From contig JAAOMT010000054.1 of assembly GCA_016748015.1 (NCBI GenBank), forward strand, positions 1 through 64,000: DNA of 64,000 nucleotides, read 5' to 3'. The position numbers and the translations under genes are program-made. This stretch comes from Geosiphon pyriformis uo1. Lineage: Eukaryota; Fungi; Glomeromycota. The notes beneath the pieces were generated by a model. The model saw only the letters and a list, made by a program, of their open reading frames with translations. It was not told where the DNA came from and searched no databases. This document shows, piece by piece, positions 26,596-41,342 of this stretch (the stretch's first letter is position 1; the number at the start of each line of letters is the position of its first letter).

Positions 26596-29500
26596 GCAAA
26601 TACTGGTAAGTCGAAATAAACCCAAAAAATTGCTCCAAAACATCATTTACAACTCAAGAAAAAAACTATGAGTTCAATATTATGCCATTTGGACTTTGTA
26701 ATATATCAACAACATTTCAGTAACTTATAGATGTTGTTTATAAAAAACTTTTATGGCAAATAGTAATTGTTTATCTTAATAACATTAATGTATACTCTTC
26801 AAGCTTTAAAGCTTATTTAATTTATCTGCAAGAAGTTTTTTAACAATTATGGAAAGCAAGATTAAAGTTGAACATTAAGAAATGTTATTTTGGAAAAACA
26901 AATTTAATTTTCCTTAAATACATAATTAGCAAAGAGAGAGTCAAACCAAATTCAGAACAATTAGTGCTGTTAAAAACTTTCAAACTTCCCAAAATACCAC
27001 AGAACTATGAGAATTTGTAGAATTAGTCTTCTACTATTGGAAATTTATAAAAAAATTTTCAGAAATTGCCAAACTACTCAATTATCTCACCAACAAAAAT
27101 GTGTCATATCAATGGACTGAAAAACAAAAAAAAGTCTTTGAAACTTTCAAAACAAAATTGACAACAGCCCCAGTCTTTGCTTATTCAAACTTCAACAAAT
27201 AGTTCCAACTAGTCACTAATGCTTTACACATAATATTTGGTGTTATTTTATTACAATTGAATAAAAATAGCTAGGAACAAATCATTGTCTATATCAGTAG
27301 GACACTCAAACTAACAGAACTCAAATATGGCTCAACTAAATTAGAAGCTGCCACAGTCATTTGGGCTCTCAAACATTTTCAACAATACCTAAAAAATGGA
27401 AAAAAATATAACATAATAACTAACAATATTAGTCTCAAATAGCTCAATAAAATGAAATCTGAACAAAGTGCCAAACAATCTTAATAAAATAATTTCCTAA
27501 CAGATTACAAATATATTATATATTACAAACCAGACAAATTACATACAAACATAGATAGTCTTTTCAGAATAAAACAAAATTAGAATTCATATCAACAAAC
27601 TACTAATTCAATAACAATTAACAACAAAAACAATGGATTCTGAAAACTACAACAATATCAAAAACTATTTAGAAACTCTTATCATGTCAGAAAATTGGTC
27701 TTTAAGTAAAAAACATTGATTACAACATCAATTAAAACAATATTTTATACATCACAACAAAATTTATTATCAAAACCATAGAAACCCAACCAACTTACTC
27801 AGATTAGTCCAATAAAATAAGAAAAAAACAATCTTTTACAACATGCATACAGACTTTTCATCAACATATTTGAGAAGAAATGAAGCAATTCAAAAAACTC
27901 TTAAACATTATTTTTGATTCTACATGTAAAAAGACATTTAACAATATATAATAATTATCAAAAAAGAAGAGAAATTTGCTCCACAGAATCTTTAAATCCA
28001 ATCAAAGTTGGACAATCTTTTGACAAAGTTAAAATTGATTTAGTCAGACCATTATTTATCACAACTCAAGAAAATCACTATATTGCAGTTACAGTAGATT
28101 ATCTTACCAAATGGCTTAAAGCTAGAGCCATCCAAAGAGCAAATACAAAATCAGTAGCAAATTTCATCTATAAAGACATTATTTATAAATATGAATATTC
28201 AATTGAACTTTTATCTAATTAAGAAACACATTTTGTAAACAACTTGATACAAAAAATTTGTGAACAACTTAATATCAAAAAACTTTTATTATTACTTTAT
28301 TACTTCCAAACAAATAGATTTGTAAAACATTTTAACAGAACATTGTGTGAATTTTTAGCCAAAATCTCAACTAATTTTGAGCAAGAATGAGATATATTTA
28401 TTCCATCAGTGTTACTAGTATACAGAACACTAAAACAAAATATTATAAAACACATACTATTTAATCTTATTTATAAAAAGACAGCAATATTACCAATTAA
28501 TTTCACAGTAAAAACATATTCAGTGCAACCAATCAATAAAAAAAACTTTTAAAAAACACTCCAAAAAAAAGTCTACACTTTTTTTAATACACTGAAAGAA
28601 AAAAAACAAATAGCAACTATTTATATTAAATACTTTCAAGCCCAACAAAAAAAAAGTATGACAACAAATTACTACCAATTACCAACAAATTTAAAATTGG
28701 AAATAAAGTTTTCTTATACAGAACTAAAGCTGAAAAACAATGGAATGGAAAATTTGAACATAAATGAAATGGATCATTTTATATCCACGAAATTCTAAAC
28801 AATGGATCATATAAGTTAAGACTTGATAACAAAGTTTTAACAAAAGTTGTACATGGAGATTAATTAAAACACTATTATTCCAAAACAAATCTTGAATCAT
28901 TAATTCCACAAATTGGTATATATTTTCCTTTAATTAATCTTAAAAATATTTTCTAAAATTTAAAACCAATAACTATAATAGAACAACGACTAAACTTGAA
29001 TACTTAATTCAACATTTTTACAATAATCCTTTTAAAAATACATAAAACATAAAAACAAAAATAATAAATAATTACAAGAAACACACAAACCCAAAAACAA
29101 ATAAAACTCTATATCCAAAAATAATTTTCTTTATTCTTTTTTTTTAAAAAAATTTTATTTATTAGTTGGTTATTTTATTATAATTATTTCCTAAAATATT
29201 CAACAAATATCCCAAAAATAAATGTTAGTCTTAAAAACACTTTCTGACTTATCCATAACAATTAATAGAAGTCAAATTAATTATATTTAGAAAAAAACCA
29301 CAGCTCTAGTAATAAACAACTCGCAGAATTATTACCCTTATAAAAAAACACAAAAAGTTATTCTGGAATTTAATTACCAGAACTTTTGAAGCAAACATTA
29401 AAAAAAAACTTTTTATTTGCTCTTATTGATATTTCACCAAATGTCACAATACAACAAAAACTTCTACAGTACCTTAATAAACAGAATAATAAATATACTT

Positions 29501-31935
29501 TTATATATAAATATTTTTATATTGAAAGAACATTTTATAAATGAAAACTGGAACTTAAAGCAACAAACATCACTCTTGAAGCTATACAAAAACAAATTCA
29601 CAATGAATTCAAGACAGCAACTGGACCAACAAACACTTATTACAAACTAAAAGCAGCTTTTAAACTCTATAACTTATTTAATACTTGTGAAAATATTCTA
29701 CAAAATCTAATATTTTATCCAATGAAGATTCAATATATTGAAAAGCTCACAAAACTGAAATTTCAACAATTTTTAGATCAGATCATTTCAATTATCTTGG
29801 ACTATTATCTTAATATTACAGATAGTACTTAAACTTTGACAGAGCTCAATCTTAAAAAGGAGATTATGTTACTAGTAAAATTTTAGTTATTAATTAGCAT
29901 GAAGTTATCTTCATAATTTCTATTATTAATTAGTATATATTATTATCATTTCAATTATCACTTATTATTTAATCAAATTATCAAATATTATTATTTAATA
30001 ATAATCTGATTTGTATTATAAAAATTAAGATGATCAAATTACACACTACTCTGAATTATTAAATATTCAAAAATTCGCCGAAATTAGCAGAAATTGGCCG
30101 AAATAATTAATAGTTTATAGAAATAACTTGTAGTTTGCCAAAATGTATCTTTAATTTACCAAAATTATAGTAAAAAGAAAAGTGCAAATTTAATGACTAG
30201 TATTATAGCAAGTTGTATAAAAGAAGAGCTTCTTTCTTCAAAAAAATGTATTTTATCTTACTTAAGATATCTTAATTGAAATAAATTATCTTTGATATAT
30301 CCTTACAAAATCAAAAAAATAAAAATATTCAAAAACCAAATTCTTAATTATTATACTTGAAATTCACAAAATCCAACTAATGTTTTAAAATTGATTAGCT
30401 ATTAATTTCAATAAACTGTTAGTAATTTCAGACTTGAATAGAAAACGATTTTCTTGACAGAATTTTATTTTTTTTATATTTATTTTTTTTTTCTTTTTTT
30501 TTCTTATTATAATCATTAAGATAGCCTACAAATGGGATTTCTGTAGAAAAGTTGACTTTTACAACAAAGTAACTACACATTTTTAGTAAGCTTTCAGATG
30601 AGCAATTCCTGAGAAAAAGTTAACATTTACTACAATGTAACTATATAATGTAACTAGTATAGAATTGGCCATTCTATTTATAAACCCAGCAGTTCAAATT
30701 ATAGAAGAAAATTTGAACATAAATTCAGTTATTAAAAGTTTAACTACTTCCAAAAAACGTGAATTAACAACAAACAAACATTAATAACATTCAAGAAAAG
30801 AAACCAAAAATCTTTGATAACATTGGGTATCTGCCACTTGCAGTCACTTTAAGCCAACCACTACTATTCAACTATTACTAATCAAATTGGAAGAAGAAAA
30901 AAAAAACCTACCTAAAAAGTGTATCAAGTATTGTAGATTGAAGAAGACTATAATAAGCTACTACTAATCTTATTATAAAACAACAAAGAGAAAGAAAGAA
31001 AGAAAGATAAACCACAAACTACTACTAACATTAGCAAACACATATTATATTCAATAAACATGAGAAAAAAACCATTTTACATTCTTTTTAAGTATATTGA
31101 CTACAAAAAAAAGCTTTTATTCATGGGAGTTTGAGTAGTGTTAGATGAAAACTACTGAATGCATACTCATTATTACTGTAAACTATATTTCTAAGAATGT
31201 TTTGGTTACCCAAAATAACAAAAAAAGTAGAACAATAAATTATGTCTCATTTATAAAAAAACACTACTTAACAAAGGAATGTGGAATAATATTCTTGGGT
31301 AAGAAGAAATATGCAACATATTATGTCAATACATGATTCTTATTAGTAACTAAGTAAACTGAGAAACATTTTTTAACACTGCATAAAACTGAGCACTTTT
31401 ATGCTTAGATAGTTACTCACACAACAAAGACAAAATCTGGCAAATAATGAATGCCAAAGTCAAAAATACTTTGTTTAGTAAAATATTGACAATCAAAAAC
31501 AATCTATCAGAACCAGTTAAGACCATTTTTATTTTCAACCCAGATGTATTTATTAATATCCTAAGCAATCCAAAACAATTCCACAAATACTATTAAGACT
31601 TAGCACTCACTAAAAAAGAGCAAGAGCAATATTTGAAACAATTAAACATAAGACTGTATAAACATTGTCTAATTTCTAGTAATTTTAATTATTGTGATGA
31701 TTGTAATCTTATTTACAATCCACCACAATGCATGATTTATTTAATTCTTAAAGAAAAAAAACCAATTAGCAAATATGTATTGAAATCAGAATTAAAAATC
31801 AATCATAATTCAAACTTCAATGATGATAACAACAACAGTTTTAACTATGTTTACTATGACAATAACAACAATGATTCAAACTTTGATTATAATTCTAAAC
31901 AATTTATTATACTTTCAGATCTATTTATGAAGTAA

Positions 31936-32360
31936 AAACTAAAATAGTTCAGCAATAATAATGAAGATATTATGCCAGAATACATACATAATACCAATAC
32001 AAAATTTGATCTTAAATACTCAGAAAAAACTGTAATCAAATTAGAATCACATTTGTGTACCATAGATCTAAAAATAGTAGTAGAAATTTTGACAACAACA
32101 ATAGTTCAATTAGCATCTAAATCTAGTTTAGCAAAAAAAAAATTAATATTAAAGGAGAAATAATTAATACAAAATATGTAGGAAATATCATTATAATACT
32201 ACAAAATAACTCAAAAAAAGAATATACTATTGAATTAAATAAAAAAATAGCACAAGCAATCTTTCTATCTTTGGTAAAAATAGCTTAATTAGTATTAGTA
32301 AAAACAAGGAAAAAATTAGGAATAACTGCAAAAGAAATAAATAGATTTGGATCAACAGAT
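31936..32360 (+). pseudogene. dUTPase domain within A2 pol
   Basis: TKFDL (I), LASKSSLAKK (II), IINTKYVGNI (III), KIAQAIF (IV), RFGSTD (V). Confidence 0.82.
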
Positions 32361-34807
32361 AAAATAAACATATCAGTCAATATGACAGAAAAAGAAACCA
32401 TTAATAAGGAAGAAATTATTTTTACCAATCAATCAGTTTTCATTCTATTATATGATCAGTATATATTAGTAATAAAGAGAAAAATAAAAAACCAGTCTTA
32501 GATTTTTGAAGCAGAACTAACTATTTGTAAATCAAAGAAGATTGGAATCACCAATTTCTATATATTGGCCAAAAACTATAAGCACATCAAAATTCCTATC
32601 TACAATATAACTAAAAACATCATAAAAATACCAAATAGAACTACCATCAAATACTTGAACACTAAAGTTAAAGACCAATCACCAAACATCATTCTAAATT
32701 TTTCACAGCTTTGTAGATATGTGAATATTATATTACAAACAATATATGAATAAAAAGAATATTATTTGCTTCAATCAGAACAATTAGAACAAATAGACTT
32801 GAAAAACTTAAAACCACTTCAATATATGCAACTTAAGATATTACTTAACAATTTTACTAACATTTTTGCCAGTAAAAACAAATTTGGCAAAGCTGACATC
32901 ATCTAACACCAAATCAAAATTAAAGATGTAATGCCAATTAAACAAAAAGCATACAGAGTACCACCAACAAGCCATGAGATCATTTGACAAAAAATCAACA
33001 GAATGTTGAACAATAGATTAATTCAACTATTCATGAGTCTATGGTTATTATCAGTAGTACTAATTCAAAAAAAAATGGAAAAATCCACTTTTGTGTAAAT
33101 TACAAAAAGCTTAACAGTATTACTTATGAGAACAACTATCTAATTCTATGGATTCAAGAATTATTTGATGTATTTGAAAAAAAAAATGGTTTTTAATATT
33201 GAATTTAGACAGTAGTTATTAGCAAATAGCCATAAATTCAGCCAATAAAGAGAAAACAGTATTTACAATTAGAGAAAAAAACTTTGAATTTAATATTATA
33301 TTATTTAGCTTAACTAATGCTTCAGCTATCTTCCAACAGTTTATAGAAATTATTTATATCAGATTACTATGGAAATTAGTAATAGTCTACTTAGATGACA
33401 CTAATATGTTTTTCAAAACATTTAATAACTATTTTTACTATTTGCAATAAGTGTTTGAAAGATTAAGAAGAACTGAACTAAAATTGAATGCTACAAAGTG
33501 TTTCTTTAACAAAATAAAACTGAAATTCTTAAGACATATTATAAGCAAAAACAGCATCAAAATGGATTCAGATAAGATTGAAATTGTTAAAAACTTTTCA
33601 GTATCAACAAATCTCACGGAATTAAGAACATTTTTGGGATTTGCTGAATACTATTGCCATTTTATCCAAAATTTTTCCAAACTGGCTCAATTATTCTACC
33701 AGCTTTAAGCAAAAAATATGAAATATAAATAAACTAAAACTCAACAAAAAGCTTTTAACATCTTAAGAAAAAAGCTTATTTAAGCATCAATATTGATTTA
33801 TTCAGATTACAACAAGCCATTTATTATTACTACTAATACATCTGGCCAAGTATTAGGAGCAGTATTGTTACAAAAAAAAGCAGATAGATGAAAATATCTA
33901 GTGGTATATGTCAACAAAAGTTTAAGTCCAACTAAAAAAAACTATAAAACTTTAGCATTGGAACACTTAGCTATCTATTGAACTATTATTAAATAAAAAA
34001 AATACTTGAATTAAAAGTTTAATGTGTACATTAATTACAAAAGATTGACATTAATCTAAAAGCAAAAATTTGGTAACAATTATCATGTAAGATAAAAAAT
34101 AGAACTATCACTATTTAATTATATTGTTATGGTTGAAACTTATACTTTTTATTAATTATCACATGTATTAGCCACTGATGTCATATAAATTAGCCACTCT
34201 ATTTTTAGAAAGTGATCATTGACCTGATCAATGACCTGATTATTGACCTGACCATTGACTTGATTATTGACTATTTTTGATAACTATATAAGTGATGAAT
34301 TTTTTAGCTGTAGAAATATATGTCAAAAATCAAGAAATTAAATAAATAAAATAACAACTTTCATCTCAATCATTCTTTTATTGCTAAATTCTCTTTCCCT
34401 ATTTTCAAGTATCTGAACATTTTTTGGATAAAAGATTACTTGTTGGTGTTTACCTGCCTTTTCCTGAAACGTGTAATTGCAGCAATTGAAGATTATTAAA
34501 TAAAATGTGACTGAAGAGCACATCTGATACTTGATATTGAATTCTAAGAGCACTAACATGAGGCATAGAATTATACCAAGTGTGATCATTTGTTGATAGT
34601 ACGAACTATCTTTCTACCTTCAGATTCCCCAGTTACTTTAAAAAAAATAGCGACTGAGATATTTTATGAGACTGATCTCACACATTGAATCCATACTCAT
34701 TTAATTCACTCTTTAAAGTTGAATTCCCTTTGATTATTTTCATTACCCTACAATTCTGTTCTCCTTTGCTATCTGTTAGTTTGTTACTCTAACCTGTAAC
34801 ATAAAAG

Positions 34808-34824
34808 TGGTGCTCCCTGTGAGG
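34808..34824 (+). promoter_or_regulatory. Primer-binding site of B2 (tRNA-Ile(UAU)-like)
   Basis: TGGTGCTCCCTGTGAGG, 6 nt after the LTR; counterpart at 51297-51313 (-). Confidence 0.75.
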
Positions 34825-34853
34825 TTGTCAAAATTTACTTTGTTTCCTATTGT

Positions 34854-36404
34854 ATGGATGATTATTTATACCTGTCACAACAATTAGAAGAACACTTTAA
34901 AGCACACAACAAAAATGATCTAGACTTTATTGAACTCAATCCTTTGCCCTTTTGCTTGATTTGCTTCCCCATTGAAGAACAATCCAGCAGACAATTCTAA
35001 GACTTTTAGAACTGGTTCTTGAATGAGCATTTAGCTAAAACCTATACAGCTTATATAACTTATTACTTTGACCAAGCTTATTTTGAAGACGACTTTGAAA
35101 AAAGAAACAACAGTATCAATCAGCTCTTATATTCTACAACTTTTGAACAACAGCCCCCTAATTTTGAATATCTGAATCATCAAATCCACATCTGAATTGC
35201 TGCTCATTAATTAACTGAAACTCCTTTTGAAACAGAAGAAGAAAGCTATCAAACTGCTCCTGTTTTTGATCTCTTTTCAAGTGAATTAGAATACTCCACA
35301 CAAACAGTTACACCTGAACCAATGGCTCAAGACTCTCTACAACAAAACATTTTGATTACCCTCTAAGGTATACAAACTGCTTTAGGACGAAGAAACAACA
35401 CTCCATTACTATTATTCAGAGATGATACCCAAGATCCAATTGAATGGCTAGATGATTTTGAAAGAACTGCCACAGCAAACCAATATGATAACAAATACAA
35501 ATTCCAAATTGTTGGTAGCTACCTCCAAGGCTTTTCTGCTACTTGGTTCTCACAAGAAACCAATGCCAATGCTCAACAAAGAATTATTAGATAAGCACCA
35601 GCAAACACTGGAGAAGACAACACCTCTTTCACTATCCAGTTTAAAACAAAATTCAGAACCCCAATATTAATATCCAAATGGTGCATGGAACTGGAAAAAA
35701 GAATCCAAGGCCCTGGAGAAATAGTGACAGAATATGCCAAAGCTATCAGAAAGCTAATCAAATGTGTAGATTCTAGGAGAAACTGGACAGAAGAGCAAAA
35801 AATTCACTCCTTTACAAAAGGATTGAGAACTAATCTATCATATGCTCTTTGGCCTTTCTTGGCCCTCAAAGACAATCCCACAATGGATATGGCCATTGAA
35901 TTAGCTCAAAGGATTGAAGATAACCAAAGAATGCATTTGGGATCCACACTTTCAGTCTTTGCTCCTGCTCCTATTTTGGCTTCTGCTCCCTAAATGGCTA
36001 CTACTTTTTTTACTGCCCAAACTCAAAACCCAAATGAACAGTTAATAGATAAACTTATAGCTAATCTTGCCTGGCTATTAGAACCATTGGCCCAAGCAGT
36101 TAGAGAGAATCAACAACTCCAAAGACCCAGATTTGAACTCCATTTCAATCAGCTCCAATAACTATCATATCAAAGACAGCAAAATCATGGCCCACCTGTG
36201 TGCTATTGTTGTGAATTAACTGGACACTTCTCAAGAGATTGCAACAATTCTCTATTGCTCCTTCCAGTTCCCAGAAATAATGACAATTAAAACAACAGAC
36301 CTATCAACAACAATACTTCTAATTAAAGATTTAATCATGCCAACATCAATTTCTTTGCAGAGGATTCCCTAGTGAAAGCCACAGTTTATCAGCCTTTAAA
36401 CTAG
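34854..36404 (+). pseudogene. gag of B2
   Basis: DPIEWLDDFER, RIQGPGEIVTEYA, CCHC knuckle CYCCELTGHFSRDC; multiple nonsense changes. Confidence 0.85.
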
Positions 36405-36431
36405 TAGGCGCACCTCCAAAGAGTGAGAGTG
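36395..36431 (+). promoter_or_regulatory. Candidate -1 ribosomal frameshift site (T TTA AAC + hairpin) at the gag-pol junction
   Basis: In-frame X XXY YYZ heptamer directly before the gag TAG; pol is in the -1 frame; GGCGCACCTC..GAGAGTGCAAGCC can pair. Confidence 0.7.
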
Positions 36432-39400
36432 CAAGCCAACTAGAAAAAAACCCTTTTTTTGCTTTTAACTTAACTAATGATGACCATGACATAAACAAAC
36501 TGGCAATCAACACCTCAAAATCAACCAGAAAGAAAAAAAAAGCCAAAAATGATTTCATACTGGATCCCAATAAAGCTTCCACATCAACAGCTGATAACAA
36601 TGAACCACCAAAAGCCAAAGTTTTCAAGAATTTTCTAAAGTTGGAACTCCCAAAAATAGTGCAAAAATCTGGTCCTTATTCTATTGTCAAAGATCTCATG
36701 GAAACTCTTACACACATTACCTTTAGCCAGTTAATGACTCATTCTCAATTCAGAAAAGACCTTTGCAAATCTTTGATTCCTAAAAAAAAGACACTAAAAA
36801 CCAACAAATGCTTATGCCAAGCTGAACTTGCTAATAACAGCAATGTTATCCCTCTTATTTGTAAGGCCCAAGTGGCTGGTTATTTCATTGATCTAATCCT
36901 GAACAGTGGATTATCTGTTAGTGTCATTGCCAAACACTTCTTAGAAGCAATTAGCAGAAAAATTGATGAACCATCTACACAACCAATGACCAATATACAT
37001 GATAACAAAAAAAAAGACCTAGGCATAGCCAAAGCTATTTCTGTCTGAATCAATGACATCAGCATTGAAACTGACATAAAAGTATCTGAAGCAAAAGAAT
37101 ACACCATAATAATTGGCAATAAATGGCTCAAGAAAGCAAAAGCCTTGCTCAATTATGAACTTTGTGAACTGACCATCAGATGTGGTAAGAAACCCATTGT
37201 GGTTAAATGTCGCCATTGGACAACTCCTCCAGTACCCAAACAAAGCCAAAAAGAAAAGCAATCAGATGAATCAGATAATGATGAAAGTGATGAAAATAAA
37301 GATCAAGAAGAACCAGAAGAAACTGCTAAACTTACTTATACCATCTTCACTAGCAACAGCAAGTCACTAGACAATGTTAAAGCTGACAAAGAAGAAATTA
37401 TGGTAAATGGCAAGCTGATCTGCTGGTCCTACTATGATATCCTCAAAAAAACCTTTGACAGAAAACCTAGTAAAAAAGCCAAATACAGTTATTGGTGACA
37501 TGGCTTTTGTACCAAATGCTGATACAATAAATCTTTGTATTCTCCCAGTGATGAATGCAAATCTTGCCTGATCTATTACAAAGATTGGGAACCAATCAGT
37601 TTGATACCCAGAGAAAAAATAAAAGAAGTACAGAAATCTTTTAAGAATAAACTACCTAAGATCCAATCACTTGTTGTAGAACAAAGAAAACCTTCCCCAG
37701 AAGAAAAAAAAGTAGATATTAAAAATCTATTGACTAGAAACAGCCCAGTTATTTCAAAAGAAAGTGATACCCCTGGATGAACCCATGTAATACAACACAC
37801 CATCACAATCAAAAAAACTCATCCCATACATTTGAAGCCTTATCAATCCTATCATTGTAATAATGAGTTTATCAAGAAAGAGATAAACAGAATGAAAGAT
37901 CTTGGATTCATACAAGAAACCAAGAGTGAATAGGCTTTTCCAGTTGTAGTGGTATCTAAGAAAGGTAGAACCCTGCACTTCTGTGTTGACTACTGCCAAT
38001 TAAATGCCATCATTATAAGAGACATGTACTTACTCCCCAAAATTGATACAATGCTAAACAAATTCAATGGTGCTGCTTTCTTCTCAACTATTGACTTAAC
38101 TGCTGGATTCTGGCAAGTAGAGAAGGATCCAGAAAGCAAAAAGAAAACTGCCTTTATCACCAAGTATGGCACCTACAAATTTATGGTTATGCCTTTTGGT
38201 CTCACAAATGCCTCTCTCACCTTTCAATGCCTAATGGACAAAGTGTTTGAATCAATAAAAGAAAACTTTGTTCTAGTTTACTTGAATGATATAATGGTAT
38301 ACTCAAAAACCTAGGATGAACATCTTAAACATTTGCAAAAGGTTTTTGACCTGCTCAGGAATGCTGGCCTTAAGATCAACCCAATCAAATCTTTCTTTGG
38401 ACATCAATCCACCCAGTTTTTTGGATATTTTATTACAAAAGATAGAATCTTCCCTGACCCAGCCAAAGTTAAAAAGGTTCAAAACATTAGACAACCAATG
38501 AACGTTCCTGAACTACACTCTTTCCTTGATTTGGCTTCTTACTATCGCAAATTCATCAAGGATTTCTCCAAAATTGCCTTTCCTCTTAATCAGCTACTCA
38601 GGAAAAATGTTAATTACCACTGGAGCACACACCAGCAAAAAGCTTTTGAAATTCTGAAGGAAAAACTTGTTACTGAACCAATCCTTAAGCAATCTGACCT
38701 AGACCAACTTTTTATTCTCCACACTAATGCATCTGGTTATAGACTTGGTGCTGTACTCTCACAAAAAGATGAAGATGGCAGAGAACATGCTATAGCATAT
38801 GCCAGTAGATCTTTCACACCAGTGGAAAAGAACTATTTAGTAACTGAATAAGAATGCTTAACAATAGTCTGGACTACTAGCTATTAGGACCAATATCTTC
38901 TTGGTGCCAAATTCCTGGTAATAACAGATCATCAAGCCTTAATTTGGCTGCACAATAAAAAGAATCTGGAACATAAACAGATAACTCGTTGGATACTCCA
39001 TCTGGATGAATTTGACTATGATATTCAATACTGCAAAAGAGCTAATCATCAAAATGCCAATGCTCTCTCTAGACTTACCATTTAATGACAGTACAATCTC
39101 TTAAACCAAACCAAGTTAATTATTAGTAACTCTCTTATAAACAAACATGATAATGGACTTGGACAACTATTCTGCCTTAATAGAATTTTTGGGTAAAAGA
39201 CAATACTCACCAGACTACACTCAACAACAAAGAAAACATTTATGCAAACAATCAAATTTCTATTTGATCTACCAAAACCAGTTATACAAAAGAAACAGAA
39301 AAGATCCTGACTACTCCCAAAGAGTCATAAGATTTGAAAAAAGAGAAATTGTAATCTACAACATGTATACTGATCCATTAGCTGAACATTTTGGAAAAAC

Positions 39401-40470
39401 AAAAACAATTCAGAAAACTTTAGCTCACTATTATTGGTCTACCTTGGGAAAAGACATTGCTGAATACATCAAAACTTGTAATATTTGCCAAAGAAAAGGC
39501 AAACCCAATCACAAAGAAAATATCCATTCAATCTCTGTTGGTCAATCCTTTAACAAAATTGGTATAAATGTTATTAGACCTTTAACAATTACTCCTGATG
39601 GCAACAGATATATTATCACAGCTACCAACTATCTTACAAAGTAGGTAGAAGCAAGAGCCACCTCAGACCAAACAGCAGTCTTAATAGCCAATTTCATTTA
39701 TGAAGATATCATCTGCCATTATGACTGCCCCAAAGAACTTTTATCTGATAGAGGAAGAGCTTTTTTCAGTATACTGGTTGAAGAACTTTGTAGAAAAATG
39801 GGAATACGTCATAAACTTTCCTCTCTTTATTACTCCCAAACAAATGGCCTAGTGAAATGTTTTAATAGAATATTATGTGAAACCCTAGCCAAAACCAGTG
39901 AAAAAACAAACTTATGAGACAAAATACTGCCTTTAGCTTTGTTTGCTTATAGAACTGTGAATCATAACATAACAAGTTATGAACCTTTTTATCTGCTCTA
40001 TGGACGCATAGCAACACTACCAATAGAAACTAATATTGAAACAATACCCTTTGAAAAGATCACAATAGAAAATTACAAAGACATTTTGCAAAAAAAACTT
40101 GGTACTATTCTTGACTCTTTGGTAGAAGCACGAATAATTGCTTTTGAAAAGATAAAACAGTTCCAAGAAAAGCTTAAGAAAAAAAAAATCTATAAAACAC
40201 TTTCTTTAAGTATTGGTAATTTAGTATTAGAATACCATTCAGATAGAGACAATGTTTATGGTGATAAATTCTCTAACCAGTAGAAAGAGTCCTTTATAGT
40301 CAACAAAATTTTGAACAATAGTTCTTATATTCTTCAAAATCAATCTAAAACAATCTTCAATAATTGTCCTGTTCATAGTATATGACTTAAGAAATATCAT
40401 AAACGACCTGATTGGCTGCCTGTTGTAGTAATACTGACTCAAATGATCAGCAAAAATCAAGTAATAATAA
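36395..40470 (+). pseudogene. pol of B2 (PR-RT-RNase H-IN, no chromodomain, no dUTPase)
   Basis: LILNSG (decayed DSG), FCVDY, YLND, AYASR, HHCC, LSDRG. Confidence 0.88.
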
Positions 40471-40507
40471 ATGCATTATTCCCAAAACAGAGATATTTTC
40501 AATTAAC

Positions 40508-41164
40508 ATGAACAATTATTTTCTGAATCAAAACATTCAAAACACTTTTTATACTCTTCATGAGTATTGGATCAAAAACTATCTAAATGCTACTCTGACT
40601 ATTGGAAAACAAACCATTATAACTGATAACAGTGGAACATATACTGTTATTAGACCAAAAAAAACTACTACCAGAAAAGAAAAAATTGGTAGTAAAATAG
40701 ATAAATATTTGTTAGAAAGTATAACAGTAACTATACTTCTACCTTCTAACACAATTGGAAAAACACTTTAAGAAATCTTACCTATAGACAAAAACTTGTT
40801 ATATGGAAGGCAATTAGAACTCTATGGTTGCCTTGGTGAAATCATAGAGGATATAAAACTCATGAAGAAAACAACTTCAGAGATACAGGCAGAAATTTTG
40901 GGCATTATACAGTTAGATGTCTCAAGAGTTTTAACTATTGCTAAAAAAACCAAAACTCTAATACAAAGATTTAGTCTCTTGGATACAAAACTCATTTCGC
41001 CTCAAGTTTTATATACCTTATCCACAAAAAACTTCAACAAACTAGTTAGCTTTGAGTTAGATAAAACCCTTCAAATAGATTACCCCATGAATAGCTTGAT
41101 TTCACCAAAGCTCAATCTCTTTGGAGAGAATGATGTTATGGTTAAAACTTATACTTCTTATTAA
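40508..41164 (+). pseudogene. Family B accessory ORF3 of B2 (one premature stop)
   Basis: ORF-track pieces 40412-40771 and 40796-41164 are in the same frame. Confidence 0.8.
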
Positions 41165-41224
41165 TTATCACATGTATTAGCCACTAATGTTATATAAATT
41201 AGCCATTCTATTTTTAGAAAGTGA

Positions 41225-41342
41225 TCATTGACCTGATCAATAACCTGACCATTGACCTGATCATTGACCTGATCAATGACCTGATTATTGACCTGATCAT
41301 TAACTTGATTATTGACCTGACCGTTGATCTAATCATTGACTA
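41225..41342 (+). repeat. 12-bp VNTR (TCATTGACCTGA) in U3 of LTR-B
   Basis: 9 full units here; 4 at 34216-34273, 1 at 22966-22987, 4 at ~44844-44902, 7 at ~51838-51932. Confidence 0.9.

Larger units (their letters stand above)
23518..30822 (+). mobile_element. Ty3/Gypsy family C copy C2, 5'-truncated (Cys-rich domain, dUTPase, RT, RNase H, integrase, ORF3 ~29180-29893, 3' LTR 29867-30822)
   Basis: RFCIDY, YPLPRID, MPFGL, IDLVRP, PPT AAAAAGGAGATTA, LTR TG..CA. Confidence 0.88.

Noticed and set aside
41225-41342. CRISPR-like appearance of the 12-bp and 39-bp arrays
   Set aside because: Contiguous tandem units without spacers, inside LTRs of a eukaryotic genome
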